In this document: positions 42,334 to 52,281 of the stretch, piece after piece
How positions within the stretch are numbered: the stretch's first letter is position 1
How the letters are laid out: each line of letters begins with the position of its first letter
DNA from: an uncultured bacterium
GTDB lineage: Bacteria; Verrucomicrobiota; Verrucomicrobiia; Limisphaerales; UBA8199
Direction of reading: 5' to 3'
Assembly: GCA_963749495.1 (NCBI GenBank)
Contig: CAVVMW010000004.1
Location: forward strand, 96,001-160,000
DNA length: 64,000 nucleotides
Translations under genes and position numbers: made by a program
The notes under the pieces: model-generated
Seen by the model: only the letters and a program-made list of their open reading frames with translations
Databases searched by the model: none
Told to the model about the DNA's origin: nothing

Positions 42334-43809
42334 GTGTTTGCGGTCCCGGCCAGCTTCTATGCCCAGTGGCGGGTGCGCAACGGGCTCGCCCCGCTCCTGC
42401 GCGAGGACCCGGAGTCCCCGCCCGAGCGCCTGCTCCAGGCCGTGTGGCTGCACCAGCGCCTGCTCCGCGATCACCTGACAACCTTGGACGGCCAAACGCT
42501 CCGGGTGCTTCATCCCGGGTTTCACAGCCTCGAAGGCGGACCCGATTTCCGCGGCGCCAGCCTCCAGTTCGGCGACGCCGCCCCGCAGTCCGGCAACGTG
42601 GAAGTGGATCTGCGCTCCAGCGGGTGGCGGGCCCATGGCCACGACCGCAACCCGGCCTTCCAGGGCGTCATCCTGCACGTGGTTTGGGAGTGCGAACGGC
42701 CCATGCCAGGCACCCCGCCGGCGCTGGCGTTGCGCCGGGCCCTGGACGCCCCGCTGGGCGAACTGAGCCTGTGGCTGGGCGCCGAGGCCGTCCAGGCCCT
42801 GCCCGACGAGTTCCGCGGAAACTGCGCCTCGCCGTTGCGGGAATTGGGTGCCGAGCAGTTGCTCGAACTCCTCCACCAGGCCGCCCAGGTCCGCCTCTGC
42901 TCCAAGGCCGCCCAATTCCAGGCCCGCGCCCGGCAGGCCGGCTGGGAGCAATCCCTCTGGGAGGGCCTCTTTCGTGCCCTGGGCTACAAACACAACATCT
43001 GGCCCATGCAACGCCTGGCCGAATTGCGCCGGCGCTGGTGCCCCGGCGCCGCCCCCGCGCTTGCCCTCCAGGCCCGGCTCTTCGGAATCAGCGGCCTGTT
43101 GCCGCCCGAACTGACCCGCTCCGAATCCGGCGCGGACCATTACCTGCGCCGCGTGTGGGACCAGTGGTGGCGCGAGCGCGATGAGTTCTCCGACTGCCTG
43201 CTGCCGCGGAGCCTCTGGCGGCTCCATGGCCAGCGCCCCGCCAACCACCCCCAGCGCCGCCTGGCCCTGGCCTCAGGCTGGTCCGCCCAGGCCGACCTGC
43301 CCGCCCGCCTCGAACGCTGGTGCGCCCGCGACTGGCCCGACCGCGCCCTGGCCCAGTCCCTCCTGGACACACTCCAAGTCGAGCCGGACCAATTCTGGTC
43401 CTGGCACTGCACCTTCCGCTCTCCGAGGCTCAAGCGCCCCCAGCCGCTCCTGGGCATCACTCGCGTCACCGACCTGGCCATCAACGTCATCCTGCCCTGG
43501 CTCTGGAGCCGCGCCGTGGAAGGCAAGAGCACCGCCGTCCAGCGCGCCCTGGAGCATCGCTACTTCACTTGGCCGCCCGCCCAGGACAACGCCCTCCTGC
43601 GGTTGGCCCGCCAGCGCCTCTTGGGCGGCGCCCCGCCCCGCGCCCTGCCCTCCGCCGCCGCACAGCAGGGCCTCATCCAGATCGTCCACGACTTCTGCGA
43701 CCACTCCACCGCCACCTGCCAGGAGTGCCGCCTGCCCAGCATGGTGCGGGAGTTGTGCGCGCAGGGAATAAGGTCCTCGAAAGCGGATCAAGTCCTCGAA
43801 AGCGATTAA
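42334..43809 (+). CDS. DUF2851-family protein
   Basis: PERLLQAVW, GPDF, GNVEVD, W.AHGHD.NP.F..VILHVV, ALGYK.N, RPANHP.RRL, QQGL, terminal C-x(6)-C-x2-C. GTG start is inferred. Confidence 0.8.
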   Translation: MFAVPASFYAQWRVRNGLAPLLREDPESPPERLLQAVWLHQRLLRDHLTTLDGQTLRVLHPGFHSLEGGPDFRGASLQFGDAAPQSGNVEVDLRSSGWRAHGHDRNPAFQGVILHVVWECERPMPGTPPALALRRALDAPLGELSLWLGAEAVQALPDEFRGNCASPLRELGAEQLLELLHQAAQVRLCSKAAQFQARARQAGWEQSLWEGLFRALGYKHNIWPMQRLAELRRRWCPGAAPALALQARLFGISGLLPPELTRSESGADHYLRRVWDQWWRERDEFSDCLLPRSLWRLHGQRPANHPQRRLALASGWSAQADLPARLERWCARDWPDRALAQSLLDTLQVEPDQFWSWHCTFRSPRLKRPQPLLGITRVTDLAINVILPWLWSRAVEGKSTAVQRALEHRYFTWPPAQDNALLRLARQRLLGGAPPRALPSAAAQQGLIQIVHDFCDHSTATCQECRLPSMVRELCAQGIRSSKADQVLESD

Positions 43810-43888
43810 AGCCGTCTTGCTTCTCAATCGGGGCGATCTGTGCGCGTTGGTGTTGCGGTGTGCGCGCGGGCGCGTGTATATTCGTTCC

Positions 43889-44116
43889 ATGAAACAGCGG
43901 AAGAACCTTCTGCTCTCTCCAGAGGCCATAGCGCGCGGGGAGCAACTTGCCCAGGAGACGCGCAGCAGCCTTTCGGCGGTCGTGGAGGCGCAATTGCTGA
44001 ACGCGCCCTGTCCCGGGGCTGAAGCAGAGGATTACTGGGGTGGACCCGCGCTCAAGCCGCTACCGCGGCCAGGTGATGCGCGCGCCAAATATCTCAGGCG
44101 CAAGCACGGCGCATGA
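43889..44116 (+). CDS. Probable RHH-type antitoxin
   Basis: KNLLLS.EAI...LA.E...SLSAVVE...YLRRKH; overlaps a PIN-like start. Confidence 0.65.
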   Translation: MKQRKNLLLSPEAIARGEQLAQETRSSLSAVVEAQLLNAPCPGAEAEDYWGGPALKPLPRPGDARAKYLRRKHGA

Positions 44117-44163
44117 TCGTGCTGGTTGATACGAACGTGCACACGAAATTTGAGGGACTTTAA
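44113..44163 (+). pseudogene. Truncated PIN/VapC toxin
   Basis: ATG overlapping the antitoxin stop encodes MIVLVDTNV, then unrelated sequence and an early stop. Confidence 0.65.
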
Positions 44164-44323
44164 GTTCTCGCGGGTGCCGGCGCTCCATCCGGAGGAGTTC
44201 ATGGCTCGCTTTCACCCCGGTTAACTTCCTTACATGGCTCGCGCGCCACAGCGCACTTGACGGGGTCATGGAGGTGAAGGGGTCCCCCACTAGGGCGGAT
44301 GTCACCCATTAGGACGGGTGTCA

Positions 44324-44417
44324 GTCCCGCATAACCGCCTCTCTTGAGCCGATGTCCGTCCCGGCCACAACCGTGCAGACGAGCCCCAACCAGTGAGAAC
44401 ATACGATTATGCGGGAC
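44324..44417. mobile_element. Small MITE-like element
   Basis: Terminal inverted repeats gtcccgcataaccg / cgattatgcgggac (13 of 14). Confidence 0.5.
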
Positions 44418-44700
44418 CGCCGTCCAGCGCGCCCTCGAGCATCGCTACTTCACCTGGCCCCCCGCCCAGGACAACGCCCTCCTGCGGTTGGCCCGCCAGC
44501 GCCTGCTCGGCGGCGCCCCGCCCCGCGCCCTGCCCTCGGCCGCCGCCCAGCAGGGCCTCATCCAGATCGTCCACGACTTCTGCGACCGCTCCACCGCCAC
44601 CTGCCAGGAGTGCCGCCTGCCCCAAATGGTGCGGGAGTTTGTGTGGGGGGCGAATAAAGTCGTCGAAATCGAATAAAGTCGACGAAAGTGATTAAAGCCG
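44416..44700 (+). pseudogene. Duplicate of the DUF2851 3' end
   Basis: Near-identical to 43531-43814 (TAVQRALEHRYF...CQECRLP), through the shared attaaagccg. Confidence 0.9.
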
Positions 44701-44703
44701 CAT

Positions 44704-45544
44704 CTATTCAACGGTCCGGTAGTCGGGCGCGGCGGCAGGCGCGCGTTCTGCGCGGAAATTCCCCGTTCGTTGCACCGTGCGCTCGCGATGCACCTGATGG
44801 TCTCGGTTCCATCTTTGCAGGGCGGCGTCAGTGGAATCAACAAACAGAGCCTGCAATGATAGCGACTCGGTGTGGCCGTCGCAGAACACCACATTGGCTT
44901 TCCCCTGATGGCGGGAGTAGCTCCGTTTGGTGCTCCCTGAATAGTCCTCGTCGGGACGGCATGCCCGCCGCCAGAGAGAGGTCACCCCGTCTAATACGAT
45001 GCCATTGCCTCCTGCGAACCCGTCACCGATGGCCATCATCTCGGTTGGCATGGCGACTGCCGTCTCCGGGACAGGCCCGCTCAGGTTGCCCGAAGGGCTT
45101 GCCGCGTCGGTTCCTCCAAGACCCAGTGGAGCGGGGTCTCCCGGCTGGGTTGAGCCCCCGAACATTATAACCATAGTCCATGTAATTGAGATCCATCCAG
45201 GAAGGACGGCAGGAAGGACGGCGTGCCGATGGACAGCGCCATACACCGCGGTCCGAGAAAGCAGGTATGCGGCCCATATTTCTTGGGGAAAGCTCTCTTG
45301 TCTCTAAGAACAGTGGCCAGCCCACGTCCTCAAATTCGAGGGGATACCTATGGGAATCCGAGACGAATCCCTGCAAGGCGATACCCAGTTGGCTCAAGTT
45401 GTGGGCACAACGCGCCCGCTGCGCCTTCCGTTTGGCACCCAGCAATGCCGGGAGGAGCATCGCTACCAGAATGGAGATGACCGCGACAACGACCAGCAGT
45501 TCGACCAGCGAGAACCCCTTGTTCGTAGCGAGTTGTTCTTTCAT
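44704..45544 (-). CDS. Prepilin-type N-terminal cleavage/methylation protein with H-X9-DG motif (DUF1559-like; frameshift near 45150)
   Basis: GFSLVELLVVVAVISILVAMLLPAL, C..NL.QLG, WRCPS, YGYN; RHQGKANVVFCDGH lies in a second frame. Confidence 0.85.
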
Positions 45545-45942
45545 TGCACTTTAGACAGGTTCGTCATTTGCACGTCACGGTGAGCGAAACTCAAAACGTA
45601 TCCAGGCTGGATCCTGCTTGGACCCCTGCGGTAAAGTTGTCTTTGTTCGCAGATTCGGCTCATCCTCCGGCCGGTTTTAGCAGGTTTGGATGACTTCCGG
45701 GCGGCGACTGACAGCAAGCCCGAGCCGACGGATCAGGGGTTTCCGTTCGCAGGTTTAGATGACTTTTATTACTGCGCACAGTTTGTGCCGGGGGAATTCA
45801 GATGCGAACGGAGTTTGCCAAATGTGAGCGCGTGAATTGCGGTTTTGAACCAACGGGCAACCCATCACCGGGTCGCGGCGAAGGCCCATCCACCTTCCGC
45901 TAAGAACCAGCGGTTCACGAGAGATTGATGTGCCGAATGGGC

Positions 45943-45978
45943 TTGCCAATGCCGGAATGAGCTGACATATTTGTCAGC
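45943..45978 (+). promoter_or_regulatory. Probably leaderless sigma70 promoter with a palindromic operator
   Basis: TTGCCA-17-CATATT; the palindrome gctgaca-tatt-tgtcagc covers the -10 and abuts ATG 45979. Confidence 0.65.
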
Positions 45979-46203
45979 ATGAAGTCGCTTTCAAAACGGG
46001 AGTTGGTTCGCAATCCGTCGCTAGCCTCCCATTTGAAGCCGGGACAATCGTTGCAGTTGGAAGACGGCAAGGAACCGCTGGTTTTATCGCGCCGCAAGCG
46101 CGCGCGGCTCACGGCCGAGCAAATTCACACGGAGCTGGATCGGCTCTGTGAAGGCGCTCCCGCCCAGGATGCTCAGGCCGCCCTGCGGGATCTGCGCCAA
46201 TGA
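45979..46203 (+). CDS. Probable antitoxin (Phd/YefM-like N-terminus)
   Basis: MKSLSKRELVRNPS...GQSLQL; ATGA overlap with a PIN remnant. Confidence 0.6.
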   Translation: MKSLSKRELVRNPSLASHLKPGQSLQLEDGKEPLVLSRRKRARLTAEQIHTELDRLCEGAPAQDAQAALRDLRQ

Positions 46204-46304
46204 CGATCCGAGAGCAACTCAATCCGGATCTCTTTGTGTCGGGCGATAAGGATCAGTTGACGCTGGCGACCGCTCGCGGGTTCCAGTCCGCGCGCTTCTA
46301 CTAG
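46200..46304 (+). pseudogene. Internally deleted PIN toxin remnant
   Basis: MTIREQLNPDLFVSGDKDQLTLATARGF resembles a PIN C-terminus (FxS.D..Q..LA...G). Confidence 0.5.
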
Positions 46305-46416
46305 AGTCCTTGAATTCCAAAACCCGCTGTAAACGCGTCAAGATATATTCAGCGCGTTCCTGTCACCGATTCCCACGCCGCGGCATCTTATTGATGAAGG
46401 CATTCATTTTGAGACA

Positions 46417-49109
46417 ATGGCCCCGATGCGAAACCAGGACGGATTATCCGGGATAGGAGCTGCGCCCGGTGCGGAGCCTCGGCGGTGGATGCCAGGCTTG
46501 TCCTTGCGGCGCGACGCGGTGACAAACAGGCATTTGTCGAGATCGTGGCGCGGCACCAGGCAATGGTCTGCGGCATTGCGCTCGGGGTGCTGGGGGACTT
46601 CGCGGCGAGCGAAGATGCCGGGCAGGAGGCATTCCTGACGGCCTGGCGGAAGTTGCACGACTTGCGCGAGCCGGAGCGGCTGCGTCCTTGGCTGAAGCAG
46701 ATCGCCCACACCGCCGCGCTCGGGCACCTGCGCCGCCGGCGGGAGCACGAGCCCCTGGACCAGGCGCCCGCCCAGGTGGACGCATCTCCGGGTCCGGACG
46801 AGACCGCGGCCAAGGACGAAGAAGCCGCGCTGGTGCGCGAGTGGCTGGCTCAACTTCCCGAGACCTACCGTCTGCCGCTCATCCTCTACTACCGCGAGGG
46901 CCAATCGGTGCGCTCGGTGGCCCAGACGCTGGACCTGAGCGAAGACGCCGTCAAACAGCGCCTGGCCCGCGGACGCGATCTGCTCCGGGACCGCATGGCC
47001 GGCTTGGTCGAGACCGTCCTGGCGCGCACCTGGCCGACGCCTGTCTTTACCATGGCCATCGCCGTCGCCATCGGCGCGCTGGCCGCGCCGGCGGCGGTGG
47101 CGGGGAGCGTCTTCGCGGCGGCCTCGGCAGGAGCCGCCGCCGCCTCCGCTCCCCCAGCCTCCACAACCTCCTTTCTGACCCTTATGAGCGCTTCCAAAAC
47201 CGTCCTTATTACGGCTGCTTTCGTTGCCTTGGCCTGCATCCCGGCCGGCTATCACGTCCGCGCCACCCGCTACCGACTCCTGGCCGCCCAACCCGTGGCG
47301 CCCATCGCGGTGCTCACTCCGGCCACGGCGCCTGACTCGGCGCCGAGCTTCGAGAAGAGCGCGCTCTTTGCCGAATGGCGCCAACTCCACGAAACCTACG
47401 GCCGCGGCAGCAATGCCATGCCCGCTCTTTACAGGGCAATCGCCGGCCTCAAGGACCCGTTTCGCCGCCGCGCCTTTCACACCGCCCTGGTTGCCGAGTG
47501 GGTGCAAGTGGACCCGGCGGGCGGCCTCAAGTTTTTTGTCGGCAAGGCGCCGCAGGAAAGCCAGCGCCGGGAATTCGAGGACCAACGCCGGCAGTTCTTC
47601 AAGGAATGGCTGGCGCTCGATCCTCGCTCGGCAGTCGAGGCCCTGCTGGCCGCGGGCCCGGGCTGGGAGAGTCTGGCAAACGACTGCCTGGCGGACATTG
47701 CCCGGCGCCTGCCCGCGCGGTTGGCAGACGTAGTCTCCCGTCTGCCCGCGCCTGAGGATTCGTGGGAAAAGCCCGTGCGGGATGCGTTTGCCATTGCCGC
47801 GGCGGGCAACCTGGCTGGGGCACGCCGCGCCGCCGAGTCCATCACCGGCCCGAACCGCGAGCAGGCCCTGTCCGGATGCGCCCAGGTCTGGGCAAAGACC
47901 GACTTCGAGGGAGCCCTTGCCTGGGCCAAGGCGCTGCCTGCCGGCGCCGAGCGCGATGAAGCCATCCGGGCCACCCTCGAGGGCGAGGCAGCAGTCAACC
48001 CGGCCGTCGCCCTGGACCAGGTGGGAATAGTGCCCTCCGGGGGCAGGCATGCGTGGTTTGGGACCACAACGGGTGCGCGTGTCTTGAGAGCGGCAGCCGA
48101 CACCGATTTCGATGCCGCGGTGGCTTGGCTCACAACTCATTCGGGCCAACTGGGGCGCGAGGACGTGACCGGTGGACTGGCGGGCGCCGTCACGGAGCGG
48201 CTCAATGCAGACGGCACCGGCTTCCTGGATCGGTGTGCTCAGGACGGTTCGCTGGCGGCAATCCTTCCCGCGGTCGAGAGCGCAATTCTCAATAGTGCCT
48301 CGGGCCAGCGGGGCGTGATCTGGGATTGGCTCAAAGGACAGCCCGACAACGCCCCGACAAAATCGCTCAAGGAAGAGGTGCTCAACTCGGCCGGCTACCA
48401 GGATCCGGCGCTGGCGCTGCAGTTGGTGGCGGACCTGCCGCGAACTGCCGAGGGCGATTCGCGCGTGTCGGCCTTGGCCAACAGCCTGCTCAACGGCGGC
48501 TCCATGCTTTATCGCCTCGACCCGCTGCTCGAACAAGCGCCCAACCGTCTAAAGCAGCCGTTGCTGCAGGCCGCGTTCCAGGCCCTTGCTTCGAGGAATT
48601 CCCAGGACCTCGTTGGCGACCCGCAGCAGTGGGTCTCTCGCCTGGCTCAACTTCCCGACTCGGCCCGCGCCATGGGCACGCTCTCTCTGGCCCACGCCTG
48701 GGCGGATCGGAGCCCCGAAGAGGCCGTGGCTTGGGCGACGGGTCTGCCGGCGGGAGAGGCGCGCAATGGGGCCGTGGCCGCCATCGCGGACGCCTGGGCT
48801 GCCAAAGACGCGCGTAGCGCCGCCGAATGGGTCGCCTCACTGCAGCCCGGGGCGGACCGCGACCGGGGCGCCGAAGCGGTCGTCAGGGCAGTCGCCTCCA
48901 CCTCCCCGCGCGAGGCCTGGGATTGGGCCTTGAGCATCCAGGACCCCCCCGGGCGGGATCGCGCCGCCGCGCAGGTCGCCAAAACCATGGCCCTCCGTGA
49001 CCCCGACACGGCCCGGCAATGGATCGAGACCGGCCCGTTTTCCGCCCAGACCAAGGTGGAACTTCAAGCGGCGCTTGCGCAGGCGAGCGCCTTGCGCGGA
49101 CGGCGATGA
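46417..49109 (+). CDS. ECF sigma factor fused to a TM segment and a long extracytoplasmic helical-repeat domain (probable frameshift near the start)
   Basis: Region 2 (D..LV...RRGD..AF, EDAGQEAFLTAW), region 4 (LP..YRLPLILYYREG...AVKQRLARGR), Ala-rich linker/TM, and WAxxDPxxAxxW repeats. Confidence 0.88.
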
Positions 49110-49134
49110 GCATGAAACCTCCTACCAACAACCC

Positions 49135-50804
49135 GTGAAAGCACTCTTAAGTTTTTCAATCATAGCCGGCGGCGCGGCCATTGGCCTGGGGCTTGGCTTC
49201 GCATTCGGAGGAAGGCCGCTCTCCAGAACCGCTGAGTCCCCGGCCGCGGCCTCAGCCGCCGCTTCACGGACAAGTCCGGGCGCCGCGCTCAAACGCGCCG
49301 GCGAGAGCCCCCTCCGGGATGACTCTCCCCTGGCAACGAAGCTGGAGCGCGACCTGTCAATGTCCAGCGGCGTGATCCGCTGGCTCTGCTGGCTGGACGC
49401 TATTGAGAGGGCCGCGCCGGCGGACTTCCCACGCCTGGCCCGGCTCGCCAAAGGCAACGACGCCGCCGTGAGGCTGCTGGCGGAACGCTGGGTCCAAATC
49501 GCCCCGCGCCACCTCTTCGACACCCTCGTGGCCGCGTCACGAAACAGGGATTCGGCACTCCCGTTGGCTGAACTGGGCGGGGTCCTCTTTGATCAATGGC
49601 CAAGGCGGGATCCGGATGCGGTCCTCGCCGCGTTGAACAGTCTCCAGGATTTCGGGCTGCGCGACCAATGGCGCCACCGTGTAGTGAGTCCCATCTTCGA
49701 GGCCGATGTCGAGCGCGGGCTGCGGCTGATGTCCGAATGGCAGATCGGGAACTTCGGCCCGCGCATGAGCGGCGTCGCCAAATGGGCCGCCGCCGATCCG
49801 CGCCATGCGGCCGAATTCACGTTGGCAAACCCGGCCGGCTACGCCTCGCAGTTGACCATCGATGTGATTGGCAAGGAATGGGCCAAGACCGACCCCGCCG
49901 CGGCGCTGGCCTTTGCCGCCGCCAATCCCGGGGCCTGGGCTCCGCGCTTGCCACCGCCGCGCTCAAGGAATGGGCCGGGCGGAGTCTCACGGATGCCGGA
50001 GCCTGGCTCGCCGGAGCCAATCCCGAGACGCGGAATCGGCTCAGCGCTCCCCTCGTTCAGGCCTGGGCGCAGCAGGATGCGAGCAGCGCCCTGGCCTGGT
50101 GCCAGGCCAACCTCACCGGCACCCCGCTCGCGCAGGCCGTCGGCGGAGTCATCAAGGGCGCGGCCGAAACCGATGTCAATGCCGCCGCCGGCCTCGTGGC
50201 CGCCATGAGCCCGTCGGCCGCCCGAACCGAGGCGGCGCTGGCCGTCGCCCAGAAGTGGTTCCCGGGATTGTTGTCGGACCAAACAGTGAAACCGGAGACT
50301 ATCGCTTGGCTCGCCGGCCTTGATACCGACAGCATCCGACACGTCGTCGAGGAATTCCAATGGCAGTGGGCGACCTCCGATGCCAAGAGCATGACCGCCT
50401 TCCTGGCCGCAGCCAAGCCCGAGGGGATCCCCGCGGGCGCTTACTCGATCCTGGCCCGGCAGTTGGCCCGCAACAATCCACTGGAAACCCTCGACTGGGC
50501 CAGCCACCTGCCTGCCGAATGGGCACTCTCCGCCGCCAGCGCGGCCTTCGGCGAGTGGCGCGGCTCGCAGCCCGACGCCGCCGTGAAATGGCTCAACGAC
50601 CTCCCCGCCACCGAGCCGCGCCGCCAGCCCTGCTTCGAGGCTTCAATACGCATCCTCGCCTACGATCAAGAATCCCAGGCCGCCGATCAACTCGCCGCCC
50701 TGAACCCCGCCGACCGCGCCGCCGCCCAGCACATCATCGAAGGCATCTCCTCCCTCTCGTCGGACCACCGCACCCGCCTGCTCGAGGCCCTCAAGCCGCA
50801 TTGA
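49135..50804 (+). CDS. Membrane-anchored helical-repeat protein (frameshift near 49930)
   Basis: N-terminal TM and repeated W...DP..A..W units like those in the sigma extension; one added G joins ORFs 48997-50208 and 49596-50804. Confidence 0.72.
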
Positions 50805-51076
50805 CCCGGGCCGCTGTCCCATCACGGCAGCGGTCCCTAGTTTGATTCAGAGCCGCTGCGAGCGCATTGCACGGAAGTTCACACCATAGCCGTACATCAT
50901 CATTTTTCTGCCCCCATTTTTCTGCCTTCGCTTTTCTGCCGGTCTGTCGAGAGCAGGCGCAGCAAGGGGCGCGGTTCCTCTTGGATGTAGGGCATGGTCA
51001 CAGGCCCAAAGCGGCGAGAACTGTCACGGGGGAGCGCGCCTTGGCTTTCACCAAAGCAACACGGTCAACACCCAGG

Positions 51077-51319
51077 TCACTTCTTCTCGCTCCCTTGCGT
51101 GCGGCGGTCAAGCCGCGGCAGGCCTTCCTGCTTCACCCATACCGAGTAATCGGAGGCTATGGCGGCTTGGAGCAAAGCCTCCGAACACCCCGCCTGTTTC
51201 GCTGCTTCGGTCAGTGCTTCCTGGTAACACCGCAGCATCTTCGGCCGTTCGGACGGCTCGCAAGTGCGGAGGTCGTAATAAGCGCCGTGCAGCCGGGCGA
51301 TGTACTCAGGCTGCGGCAT
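51077..51319 (-). CDS. Hypothetical protein (80 aa)
   Basis: MPQPEYIARLHGAYYDLRTC...; overlaps the upstream gene by 14 bp. Confidence 0.6.
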   Translation of the reverse strand: MPQPEYIARLHGAYYDLRTCEPSERPKMLRCYQEALTEAAKQAGCSEALLQAAIASDYSVWVKQEGLPRLDRRTQGSEKK

Positions 51320-51719
51320 TGAAAACGCGCTGGCGGACGGCCTCGATTTCGGCGGGAGAAAACCGGGAATGCCGGCTCCGCTGCATGATCCGCAGCAGTT
51401 CCAACGAGGCGTCGAGCGCTTCGAGCGTTTGGCCGGAGGCAGACAAGTCCACGCCGTTGAGGCGGATTTGGTGGAGCAACCAGCCGCCGCAGCCGATCGC
51501 CAGGTTGACCACCGCCTCGTGCATCGCCAGCGCCTCCTGGGACGGCGTAGCGGCGGCGTCAAGGCCCTCACTCAACTCGCTGCACAAGTCCACCAGATCC
51601 AGCCACGAAACGACTTGCGCGGTCCACGGCAGCTTCAGCGAGTGTACGCGTCCGGCCAGGCGCCCCGCCAGCCGTCCGGCCACGCGATTGTCCAGCGATT
51701 CGGCTGTTCCAACGCTCAT
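51306..51719 (-). CDS. Hypothetical protein (137 aa, helical)
   Basis: ATG lies 6 nt after a TTGCCA-17-CAAAGT promoter-like site. Confidence 0.6.
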   Translation of the reverse strand: MSVGTAESLDNRVAGRLAGRLAGRVHSLKLPWTAQVVSWLDLVDLCSELSEGLDAAATPSQEALAMHEAVVNLAIGCGGWLLHQIRLNGVDLSASGQTLEALDASLELLRIMQRSRHSRFSPAEIEAVRQRVFNAAA

Positions 51720-51960
51720 GGGCAAACTTTGACACCATTCCGGCCCCGTGGCAAGCGCCACCCGCTCCGGCCCGAACACCCAAAGAATCGTTTGCCGCTC
51801 ATTATTTTTCTGCCCCCATTCTTCTGCCTTCGCCTTTCTGCGAGTTTGTCGAGAGCATGCGCAGCAAGGGCCGCGGTTGCTTTTGGATGCAGGGCATGGT
51901 CACAGGCCCATCGGTCCAACGGCCGGCTCTGAGCATGGATTGGATGCGGAACGGGAGCAA

Positions 51961-52098
51961 CAGTTGCTGGAACTCCTCCACCGGGCCGCACACGTCCTCC
52001 TCCGCCCCAAGGCCGCCCAATTCCAGGCCCGCGCCCGGCAGGCCGGCTGGGAGCAATCCCTCTGGGAGGGCCTCTTTCGCGCCCTGGGTTACAACTGA
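51961..52098 (+). pseudogene. Duplicate of an internal DUF2851 segment
   Basis: Matches 42856-42989 (QLLELLH...KAAQFQARARQAGWEQSLWEGLFRALGY). Confidence 0.9.
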
Positions 52099-52281
52099 TT
52101 CTTTGAATTTGCGTTCATTAAGAGCCCAGCGACTCGTGACAATTCAACTTTTTGTTAATTAAATAACGGAAATAGAGATTTTCCGTCGTTTTGCCTATTA
52201 AAGCAGGCTTACGCTCTTGGGTGTTGTACATGACAATTTAAGTGCTGAAAAGTGGAATAAATCGTTGCTAAATGTCAAAAA

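Larger units (their letters stand above)
50897..51910. repeat. Two 112-bp direct repeats (50897-51008, 51799-51910); partial third copy at 57407-57471
   Basis: tcat(c/t)atttttctgcccccatt...gggcatggtcacaggccca. Confidence 0.9.

Noticed and set aside
43531..44700. Diversity-generating retroelement VR/TR pair
   Set aside because: Differences are mostly synonymous and not adenine-specific; no reverse transcriptase in the window.
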